The notes under the pieces are model-generated. The model searched no databases. It saw nothing but the letters and a program-made list of their open reading frames with translations, and had not been told where the DNA came from. 64,000 bases of DNA from Bacteroidales bacterium (GTDB lineage Bacteria > Bacteroidota > Bacteroidia > Bacteroidales > UBA932), in contig JAGBTG010000042.1 in assembly GCA_017631435.1 (NCBI GenBank), positions 16,028 through 80,027 of the forward strand, in the 5' to 3' direction. Positions 21,032 through 28,432 of this stretch are shown here, in pieces; the first letter of the stretch is position 1; each line of letters starts with the position of its first letter. Position numbers and translations under genes: made by a program.

Positions 21032-21757
21032 ATGAGCTTTCTGGATTCAAAAGAAAAGAAGACAGGATTCTATGCCACCATCATTTTCCATTTGGTGGTA
21101 CTTATAATATTTCTCCTCACTGCAATCCACGGGGTTGTGAGTGAGGAGACTTCTTTTGTATTGGATTTCTCCAAGCTTGAGGAACTGGAGAAGATAGCCA
21201 AGCAGGAGGAGGTGAAGGCCCAGGCCAGCAAGGAGATTGACGATCTTCTGAGTGGTAAAATATCTCCAAACGAATACCGTAATGTTGCAGTAGACAGGAA
21301 TGCCAAGCCTCTTAAGGATGACCGTTTCAAGAACCCCAACCAGGTATACGACGAGGCCCGCGAGCTTCAGCGCAAACTTGATGCCTCCCGCGCAGCCGCC
21401 ATCCGTGAGCAGCAGGGAGAAGATGCAGCAACCGCAGGCAATGAGAATCTTCCCGACAGCAATGCCCCCCAATACAAAGGACCATCTGTAATATCATACT
21501 CCCTCGACGGCCGCAAGGCAATGTCACTGCCTGTACCTGCATATAAATGCCAGGGTGGGGGAGACGTGAGCATCCAGATAACCGTAAACAGAAAAGGCTA
21601 CGTAACCGCAGCCTCAGTAATTGGCAATGTATCCTCATCTGACGAGTGCATTGTCAGATCCGCCATTGCAGCGGCCAAAAGAAGCCGTTTTACCGCCTCT
21701 TCTTCTGCTCCCGACAAACAGGTTGGCGAGATTGTTTATCGCTTTATAGCGCAGTAA
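21032..21757 (+). CDS. Membrane-anchored protein with a TonB/TolA-like C-terminal domain
   Basis: N-terminal TM, a charged coiled linker and a C-terminal region of about 80 aa (GDVSIQITVNRKGYVTAASV...AIAAAKRSRF) resembling a TonB_C fold. Confidence 0.55.
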   Translation: MSFLDSKEKKTGFYATIIFHLVVLIIFLLTAIHGVVSEETSFVLDFSKLEELEKIAKQEEVKAQASKEIDDLLSGKISPNEYRNVAVDRNAKPLKDDRFKNPNQVYDEARELQRKLDASRAAAIREQQGEDAATAGNENLPDSNAPQYKGPSVISYSLDGRKAMSLPVPAYKCQGGGDVSIQITVNRKGYVTAASVIGNVSSSDECIVRSAIAAAKRSRFTASSSAPDKQVGEIVYRFIAQ

Positions 21758-21764
21758 AAATAAT

Positions 21765-23417
21765 TTATGCGGTTTTGTTTTTAATGATCTCTATGTGCTT
21801 ATCCAGATTTGTCTTATATTCATCAATTCCCAATTTTTTGCGGATACTGCTGCTGATATTATAGATATTTGTTGTCCCCATATATTGACCAATATGAACT
21901 GCTTTTAGTCCCATGGTATACAGACAGCAGAAGTCAATCTCTTTTTCTGTAAGACCTTTGTTCTGCAGATATTTTATAAAAGCAGGATAATTACCTTGTA
22001 TTACCAGCTTGTTGTCTCTGATAAACTTGGTTTTGTCATTCAACATTTTTTCGAGTTCCTGTTCTGCTTTATTGGTCATGCTCCAGTCATTGAGAAGATA
22101 TGCCTTAATGAATTTGTTTAGTATAGAAAGTCTGTTCTCAATAGCATTCCGGATATCTGAGTCAAGTCCTTTACTATTGTTAAGAATAATTATAAGAGTC
22201 TCTTTTTCGGCAGTAAGGTTGTTGCATAATATCTTGTAATCTTCTTTAGCTTTTATTAATGATGTATTTTCTATATCTTTGAGTTTTAGTCTATTTCTAA
22301 GCCATAGTAGTACTGCTGCCAGTACTGCAAGTAATGTGAGGAAAATGATTGCAATAATGTCTTTCCTTTTCTTGACCATTATATTGTCCAACTCCAGTTT
22401 ATGACGTTCTTCAATGAATTTTGTGTCTTTTCGGAAGATTTCCATATCAGCAGAGTCGCTCAATTTTATGTACATCTTGTAATTTTCAAGGGCTGAAACT
22501 GTATTTCCGGACATTTCGTAAAGTTCTGAAGCAATAGCGTAATAGCCGGAGTTTTTCTTTGTATTTGCCTGATTATATTTATTTATAGCTTCAATCCCAT
22601 TTTCATATTGATTACTCTCCAAATAATGATTTGCTATTGTGAGCCATATTGCATTTCCTGGAGGAATCAGGTCGATACATTCATCTAGAAGTTTTTCAGT
22701 TTCATTATTAGATTTGTATGTCATTGAATAATGGATCTTAACAGAATAGAATCTTATCAATTGGCTTATATCGTTTGTGTCTACAACTTCTTGCAATTCT
22801 CGTATGACATGTTCAGCTATACCAGAGGTGTCGTGTGTTATGATCAGTCCTCTAAGTGCCTGTGTGAGGGAGTTAAAATATGAACTTTGCTTATAGCATT
22901 TTTTAAATTGCTCGGAGGCTTTCATCATTTCTTCAGAAAATTTCTCAAACTCATAAATCTTGTTGTGTATTTGAGCTTTAGCAAATAGCATTCTTCCAAC
23001 GGTCAAATAATCAGTTGTGTTATTGCTACTTTTTAGACCATGTACAAAAGACTCCATTGCCTTTTCATCATTTCCACCATTGCTATATATTCTTCCCATA
23101 TAATAATAAGTGCGCAATTTCTCAGTCTCATTTCCTTTTTTTAGATAATAGTCTATTGCTGGTTGCAGAATGGAAAAATCAGTTTTGTCAATATAGTTCT
23201 TGTCCAAGGCTATTGAGTATAGTAGAGAATGATGAGCTTTCTGTTTATCTGCTTGTAATTTTGACATATTGATATTTTCCAGAACAGCAAGTGCGCTATC
23301 TGGCCTGTCTTCTATAAAGGATTCAACTTCATCAAGCAAATACGATATACTATTATGTTCAGTAATGCATGAATGAATACATAAGCATAAAAAAAGTAAA
23401 ACGGTTGTCTTTTTCAT
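21765..23417 (-). CDS. Membrane-spanning TPR-like / LuxR-type HTH one-component regulator
   Basis: Lipobox-like signal (LCLCIHSC), about 340 aa of TPR-like helical repeats, a central TM (IIAIIFLTLLAVLAAVLLWL), a coiled coil and a C-terminal LuxR-like HTH (LTEKEIDFCCLYTMGLKAVHIGQYMGTTNIYNISSSIRKKLGI). Low G+C. The ATG at 23417 is preferred over the TTG at 23429. Confidence 0.75.
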   Translation of the reverse strand: MKKTTVLLFLCLCIHSCITEHNSISYLLDEVESFIEDRPDSALAVLENINMSKLQADKQKAHHSLLYSIALDKNYIDKTDFSILQPAIDYYLKKGNETEKLRTYYYMGRIYSNGGNDEKAMESFVHGLKSSNNTTDYLTVGRMLFAKAQIHNKIYEFEKFSEEMMKASEQFKKCYKQSSYFNSLTQALRGLIITHDTSGIAEHVIRELQEVVDTNDISQLIRFYSVKIHYSMTYKSNNETEKLLDECIDLIPPGNAIWLTIANHYLESNQYENGIEAINKYNQANTKKNSGYYAIASELYEMSGNTVSALENYKMYIKLSDSADMEIFRKDTKFIEERHKLELDNIMVKKRKDIIAIIFLTLLAVLAAVLLWLRNRLKLKDIENTSLIKAKEDYKILCNNLTAEKETLIIILNNSKGLDSDIRNAIENRLSILNKFIKAYLLNDWSMTNKAEQELEKMLNDKTKFIRDNKLVIQGNYPAFIKYLQNKGLTEKEIDFCCLYTMGLKAVHIGQYMGTTNIYNISSSIRKKLGIDEYKTNLDKHIEIIKNKTA

Positions 23418-23441
23418 AAGTTTAATCAATCTCTCTTAGAA

Positions 23442-23449
23442 CAAATATA
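23442..23449 (-). promoter_or_regulatory. Bacteroidota-type -7 promoter box for the TPR/LuxR regulator
   Basis: TATATTTG on the minus strand, 24 nt upstream of ATG 23417. Confidence 0.4.
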
Positions 23450-23496
23450 ACCATATATAAGTGATATTCCATTATTTTATGTTAGAAATACATCAA

Positions 23497-23529
23497 CTGA
23501 GAGTTTGATGAATTTAATAAAAAATTCAT
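23497..23529. promoter_or_regulatory. Candidate operator: direct-repeat half CTGAGAGTTTG abutting the dyad ATGAATTT-N6-AAATTCAT
   Basis: CTGAGAGTTTG at 23497-23507 recurs as CTGAGAGTTTTG at 23580-23591. A perfect 8-bp inverted repeat lies at 23508-23515 and 23522-23529, in the divergent intergenic region. Confidence 0.3.
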
Positions 23530-23572
23530 GATGTAATAATCAGTAAACCAACATATTAGATGTTTGGTATTT

Positions 23573-23604
23573 TTTGTGGCTGAGAGTTTTGTTAAGTATT
23601 TTTG
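23573..23604 (+). promoter_or_regulatory. Bacteroidota-type promoter (-33 TTTG, -7 TATTTTTG) for the 923-aa gene
   Basis: TTTG at 23573-23576 and TATTTTTG at 23597-23604, with a 20-nt spacer. The ATG is at 23640. Confidence 0.4.
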
Positions 23605-23639
23605 TACAAAGGAAAACTGATATAAAAATATTATAGAAT

Positions 23640-26411
23640 ATGCGCAATCAACATTTTCAGATACTTGGTATATTTACATCATTCTTATTGCTTTCTGTTT
23701 CATATTCATTATTAGCCCAAGAGGTTAATAATAAGCCTGTGCAGATGTTTCACAATTGGTCAAGACTACTTTCGCCAGAGAAGGTGTACCTGCATACTGA
23801 TAAGGATGTCTATTTTGCTACGGATACGATCTGGTTTAGCGGATATGTTGAGAATGCTTCATATGCAAGTGAGTTTGAGGAATCAAACTATATCTATGTG
23901 GAGTTGATCAGTAATCAGCTATATAGAGATGAAAATAGCTTGTCAAATTATGCGAAGTATAGTCAAGATGTAGTTGTGAGAAAGAAAATAAGAAGAATAG
24001 GAAATAATTTTCAAGGTCATCTTGTAGTTCCCGAGATGAACTCAACGGGCAGGGCTATTATAAGGGCATATACGTACTGGATGCTTAACAGACCAACAGA
24101 ATATATGTTCTACAAGGAGTTGGAAATTACCAATCCAATGAAGGATAATCTTGTATCAGCGATGCAAAAGGGTGATGTGAAATATAAACAGGACTATTTG
24201 CGAATAGGAGAACTTTCGCCTGATGAGAAGCTGAAGATTGAGGCCAAGGAGGAAAAAGTGCAGGACCGTTATGATGTTCAGTTTTTGCCAGAAAGTGGCA
24301 ATATATTGTCGGGAAAAGAAAATGTGTTGTTTGTGAAGGCAATAGGCAAAAATGGGGCTGGTGTAAGTATATATGGAGAGATATCAGATTCAAATGATAA
24401 TGTGGTTGTGCAATATTCAACAGATTCCTTGGGATTTGGAAGGGTTGTTATACCATCAACGTTTTATGGACAACTCCGTGCAACAGTTATTGATTCTTCC
24501 GGTTACCAAGGAAAGCCAGTGAGATTACAGCATCCTGTTTTGGCAGGTGTTACGATAAATGGTAGATTTTCCATTATGGGAGGAGTTACTGAGTATACAG
24601 ATAGGGATGTGGCAACATTTGTAATCAATACGACCGAAAGTGTTCTTCCGCACCAGTTGAAAATATTTTTTCATAACGGTTCAGAGGTATATTATAGCAG
24701 AAATATTGTCAATCCTACAGAAACTGTAGTTCTGGCACTTAAACCTCTTCCTCCAGGCATACATACAGTTTCAATTATTGATTCTAAAGGGAATGTCTTT
24801 GCAGAACGTCCGTTTATAGTGTTGCCACAGGGGAAGGAGCTTATGAGTATACAATCTGATAAACAGAGATATAAGAAGAGAGAGCATGTAGATGTGAAGA
24901 TACATTTACCTGCGGATTTGATGGACAATACAGCCAACTTTTCTGTTGCAGTGACGGATATTGGATTGTCTGAAAATTCTGAGAGAACCAGCATGCAATC
25001 CTATATGTTATTAAAAAGTGAGGTAAAAGGGTACATTGAGGCAATAGATTGGTATTTTAATGACACCATTCCTCTATCCATAAGGATGCATAGGGCTGAT
25101 AAGCTACTGCAGACTCAAGGGTGGCGCTATTATGATTTTGGGGAGATTGTACAAGGAAGGAGTGAGATTCCATATTTTGGAAGAGAATATACGCAGACAT
25201 TGTTTGGGAAGGTAGTAAATCCCATAGGACTTACTAAAAAGGCAACGGTTTCATTTTTGGCGCCATCTATAAATTTTAAGGCAATGGGACAGATAGACTC
25301 TGGATATTTTGTATTAAGAGATATTTCTTTTCCTGAGAATACAAGGTTTATAGTTAGTGCTGTAGGTAAGAACGGAAGGAGCCAGAATCATATGCCTATC
25401 CTACAGAATGATTATTTTGCCCCTATATTCAGTTATCCGATCCGGACAGAACCGGTAATATATTCTGATACTTTAAAAGATGTAGTGAAGCAGATTTATT
25501 ATTCCAATGATGACGGAGATCATCAGATGTCGTTTGAATTGGACCCAGTTGTTATCAAGTCCCTAATGATAACTCCTAAAAACTCGCCTTCCCCAATTCC
25601 CAATTATCCAATTCAGAGGGAATGGTTCAGAGATACTTTGGATATGAAAGCGTATGCAAGAAACTATACTGTCAGTGCTTATGTTACGGCTACATATCCT
25701 GGAGTACATGAGACTCAAGGTGGTATATTGCCAGATGTTGCAATGCCCATTTACCTGGAGGATCGTACACCTGAAGAATGGCCAGGAGACGCACACCCTA
25801 GGGGGATTCCAGCTGGCTCTCTTATTGGAAAATATTTATCGCCAGCTTCGTTCAAGACTCAAGACAAAACAGCACCTATATTACGTCCAAAACGTTTAGG
25901 TGTAGTTCTGGTCTATTTGAACGGAAATTTTGTTTATCCCGAGGAGGCTGTTCACACTGTGCTTTCTATGCCTTTGTCTGAAGTGGAGTCCATTATATAT
26001 GTATCTGGCTTAAATGCCTCTACTTTTCAGCCAAGTTTTTCTTCTGGAGATATATCGTCATTCCCGGTTCTTATGGTTAGGACTAAACCTCACATAAGAA
26101 CGGATGCCATTCCTTATAATGTTTCCAGTGATTATCCGTTGGGATGGCAAAAACCAGCAAAGATGTATTCTCCGAGATATGATAATGCTGAATCCCGCAA
26201 AAATAAGATTGTAGATAATAGAATTACCCTTTATTGGAACCCATCGATACAATTTGACAGTGAAGGAGTCGCATATATTAGTTTTTATACTTCGGATTCA
26301 GATTCAAACTATAGGGTGGAGGTTGAAGGACGTTCTGCAGCAAGGCAGTACCACTATGCGGAGAAGATCATTGAGAGGGTTAAGGAGAGTACTCCGGCAA
26401 AGAAGAAATAG
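23640..26411 (+). CDS. Large secreted MG2/alpha-2-macroglobulin-like-fold protein of unknown function (923 aa)
   Basis: Signal peptide and an N-terminal KVYLHTDKDVYFATDTIWFSGYV motif typical of MG2-type domains. Central YMLLKSEVKGYIE...LLQTQGWRYYDF and C-terminal TLYWNPSIQFDSEGVAYISFYTSDS blocks recur in large Bacteroidota hypothetical proteins. No thioester CxEQ motif was seen. Confidence 0.75.
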   Translation: MRNQHFQILGIFTSFLLLSVSYSLLAQEVNNKPVQMFHNWSRLLSPEKVYLHTDKDVYFATDTIWFSGYVENASYASEFEESNYIYVELISNQLYRDENSLSNYAKYSQDVVVRKKIRRIGNNFQGHLVVPEMNSTGRAIIRAYTYWMLNRPTEYMFYKELEITNPMKDNLVSAMQKGDVKYKQDYLRIGELSPDEKLKIEAKEEKVQDRYDVQFLPESGNILSGKENVLFVKAIGKNGAGVSIYGEISDSNDNVVVQYSTDSLGFGRVVIPSTFYGQLRATVIDSSGYQGKPVRLQHPVLAGVTINGRFSIMGGVTEYTDRDVATFVINTTESVLPHQLKIFFHNGSEVYYSRNIVNPTETVVLALKPLPPGIHTVSIIDSKGNVFAERPFIVLPQGKELMSIQSDKQRYKKREHVDVKIHLPADLMDNTANFSVAVTDIGLSENSERTSMQSYMLLKSEVKGYIEAIDWYFNDTIPLSIRMHRADKLLQTQGWRYYDFGEIVQGRSEIPYFGREYTQTLFGKVVNPIGLTKKATVSFLAPSINFKAMGQIDSGYFVLRDISFPENTRFIVSAVGKNGRSQNHMPILQNDYFAPIFSYPIRTEPVIYSDTLKDVVKQIYYSNDDGDHQMSFELDPVVIKSLMITPKNSPSPIPNYPIQREWFRDTLDMKAYARNYTVSAYVTATYPGVHETQGGILPDVAMPIYLEDRTPEEWPGDAHPRGIPAGSLIGKYLSPASFKTQDKTAPILRPKRLGVVLVYLNGNFVYPEEAVHTVLSMPLSEVESIIYVSGLNASTFQPSFSSGDISSFPVLMVRTKPHIRTDAIPYNVSSDYPLGWQKPAKMYSPRYDNAESRKNKIVDNRITLYWNPSIQFDSEGVAYISFYTSDSDSNYRVEVEGRSAARQYHYAEKIIERVKESTPAKKK

Positions 26412-26417
26412 AGGCTC

Positions 26418-26909
26418 ATGCAGATGATGGGAAAGTTGTTCAGGACAGACTATATGGCGCTGCTGTATTGTCTGTATGCGGCAGGTCATTTATTGGTTGG
26501 CGGAGCAGCCGCAAGCCCGGAGTTTATCTTCAAATGGGGTGCATTGCTGTTGGCTTATATAGTTTGCAGGGTTATTGTTTCTCCAACAGTTTTCATTTGT
26601 CTGATAGTGGCAGGTGGAATATACGAGGCTGTTTTGGGAGTTCTGCAGATTGCAGGGGCTGCTGAAATAGCCTCTCCTCTGTTTGGGATTACAGGAAGTT
26701 TCTTCAATCCCGGTCCCTATGCAGGATTTCTTGCCATAGCCGTTTTGAGTGCACTGTCTCTTGGGGTAATTTGCCTGAGAAAGAAAATCAAGTGGTACAG
26801 GACTCTATTTGCAGTGTGTGTAATCTCAGCTGATGACCAGAAGAGGCGACAGACAAGACCCCGTAATGGCCACCCTCGGTCTGGAGCAGAAAGTGTACCC
26901 TTCCCTTAA
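26418..26909 (+). pseudogene. Truncated O-antigen ligase/polymerase-like membrane protein (N-terminal ~135 codons only)
   Basis: The N-terminus matches the O-antigen-ligase-family pattern (VLGVLQIAG...ITGSFFNPGPYAGFLAIAV). After about 26826 the frame reads non-membrane junk (ADDQKRRQTRPRNGHPRSG...) to a stop. Intact family members are several-fold longer. Confidence 0.6.
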
Positions 26910-26995
26910 AAGGGGAAAGCGACACTTGGTAATCTACTATATACTACTACCATCAAAGTCCAGAATTTTTATAATACTAAAAAGGGATAATTCCG

Positions 26996-27484
26996 TTATA
27001 TTTTAGTCCCAACCCATAAAACGAGATCATTTCCGCTATATAATTTCACTTTAGATCTGATAATATTGTATTTATTATTAACTATTCCCCAATATGGAGG
27101 AAATATTTTCAATGGTGGCCTTTTGTCAGAAAAGATAATTTTCATTAATAATGTCTTATGATAAACGGAATTGGTTGTACCTATTTCTATTTTTGAAATT
27201 TCTCTCCAATCATAATGAAGAATTTCGGCATCTTCTGGAAACTGAGATTTTAAACCATTCCATTTTGCTAAATGAATCCCATTCTTGTCAATTTTTACAT
27301 ACTCCATCTCTTTTATTGTCCAATAAATTTCTAATAAAGCGATGACTAAACCTATAAAAAACAATATAAATGCACACCAATCTTTGATATAGGCGCTACT
27401 GATTATAAATACTACAAAATAAATAGACATAATAGTAATCAGTACTTTAAAATTAACTCTTATAATATAGTTGTCGTTATCCAT
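26996..27484 (-). CDS. Small membrane protein (2 TM plus a PH-like soluble domain), candidate orphan immunity protein
   Basis: A 162-aa ORF with very low G+C. Two N-terminal TM helices precede a soluble domain of about 100 aa. It lies immediately downstream of an Rhs/YD fragment. Confidence 0.6.
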   Translation of the reverse strand: MDNDNYIIRVNFKVLITIMSIYFVVFIISSAYIKDWCAFILFFIGLVIALLEIYWTIKEMEYVKIDKNGIHLAKWNGLKSQFPEDAEILHYDWREISKIEIGTTNSVYHKTLLMKIIFSDKRPPLKIFPPYWGIVNNKYNIIRSKVKLYSGNDLVLWVGTKI

Positions 27485-27565
27485 TTGATGATTTGTTTGA
27501 TTTTGTAGGAAAACTTTCTTCTAACACAATAATAGGAATGTCATATATTTTAGTTAAGATATTTA

Positions 27566-27745
27566 TTAGATATTTATCCCCCTTTTTAAGCTGTATATCA
27601 AAGACCCTATGTAATAGTAACCGTTGCCGTTGTTGTCCTCCACTGCAACTTTTGTCCCATCTGCGCTGAAACTGTAAACTATCGTGCCGTTAGGCCCCGT
27701 TACCGTCTTTGGCAAGTTAATGAAATTATACGACAGTTGCAACTC
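27566..27745 (-). pseudogene. Orphan Rhs/YD-repeat core fragment
   Basis: The minus-strand translation ELQLSYNFINLPKTVTGPNGTIVYSFSADGTKVAVEDNNGNGYYYIGSLIYSLKRGINI* shows the YD-repeat pattern (Y-x-[FY]-[SD]-x-x-G) and the YN..NLP block of Bacteroidota Rhs cores. Stops bound it on both sides (58 codons). Confidence 0.6.
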
Positions 27746-27792
27746 TTAAAAAGCAATCACCCTCATGATAACAATAGTGCTCCGTGAGGGTG
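27746..27792 (-). terminator. Rho-independent terminator after the 147-aa membrane protein gene
   Basis: Stem CACCCTCA (27758-27765) pairs with TGAGGGTG (27785-27792). The minus-strand tail is ATTGCTTTTT. Confidence 0.55.
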
Positions 27793-27802
27793 TGATAAGA
27801 AT

Positions 27803-28246
27803 TTACAATTTCTTGATTCTTTTAATAACAGGGCTTAAAATGCAATAATACAAAATCAAACTTCCAGGCAACATGTATATTAAAAGTGTAAATACTCTGT
27901 TTATATCAGGAACCCAAATTTTGGAATCCATAGGAATTTTAGTTATCGTAGGCATATCGTAAATGATAGGCCATTTTATAGAGATACATATTAGGAATAT
28001 AATTCCTGCACCTGTAATCACTTTAAACATGGCTTTACCCCATTTAAAGTATCTATACCATTGGTATACCCAACAATAGTATAAGATAAAAACTTCTGTA
28101 TGAACTAAATACATATCTTCTATATGTAGAGCAATTATTGTCATACCAATAACAGATACAATAATTGTATATCCAAATAAACAATAACACAGTATTTCAC
28201 CTAGTATAATTAGAAATAAATTCCTCAAAAAACGTTTATATTCCAT
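27803..28246 (-). CDS. Small multi-pass membrane protein (~147 aa), candidate orphan immunity protein
   Basis: ORF with very low G+C and four predicted TM helices. The ATG at 28246 (MEYKRFLRN...) is preferred over the TTG at 28321. Confidence 0.55.
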   Translation of the reverse strand: MEYKRFLRNLFLIILGEILCYCLFGYTIIVSVIGMTIIALHIEDMYLVHTEVFILYYCWVYQWYRYFKWGKAMFKVITGAGIIFLICISIKWPIIYDMPTITKIPMDSKIWVPDINRVFTLLIYMLPGSLILYYCILSPVIKRIKKL

Positions 28247-28351
28247 AGAATTTGATTTTATTGCTACTGAGTAGGCTGCTATGAAGATACAGAAAATTAT
28301 TGAATATTGAAAAATACACAACCGGACAGGTGTATGGGATGTTGGATATGT

Positions 28352-28391
28352 AAGAAAAGGAAAGAGAGCGGCCTAATAAAATGAGCCGCTC
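28352..28391 (-). terminator. Rho-independent terminator after gltX
   Basis: Stem GAGCGGC (28366-28372) pairs with GCCGCTC (28385-28391). The minus-strand tail is TCTTTCCTTTTCTT. Confidence 0.5.
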
Positions 28392-28432
28392 CCCGAGTCA
28401 AATAGTTTTTCAAGTAGTGTGTTTTGTGTAGT

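Noticed and set aside
26826-26940. A GC-rich stretch with a small hairpin (TTCCC..GGGAA), considered as a tRNA-like att site, group II intron end or other structured RNA.
   Set aside because: I could find no cloverleaf, T-loop (GGTTCGA-type), domain V-like motif or flanking inverted repeats. It is better explained as a recombination junction with an Rhs-like remnant on the opposite strand.
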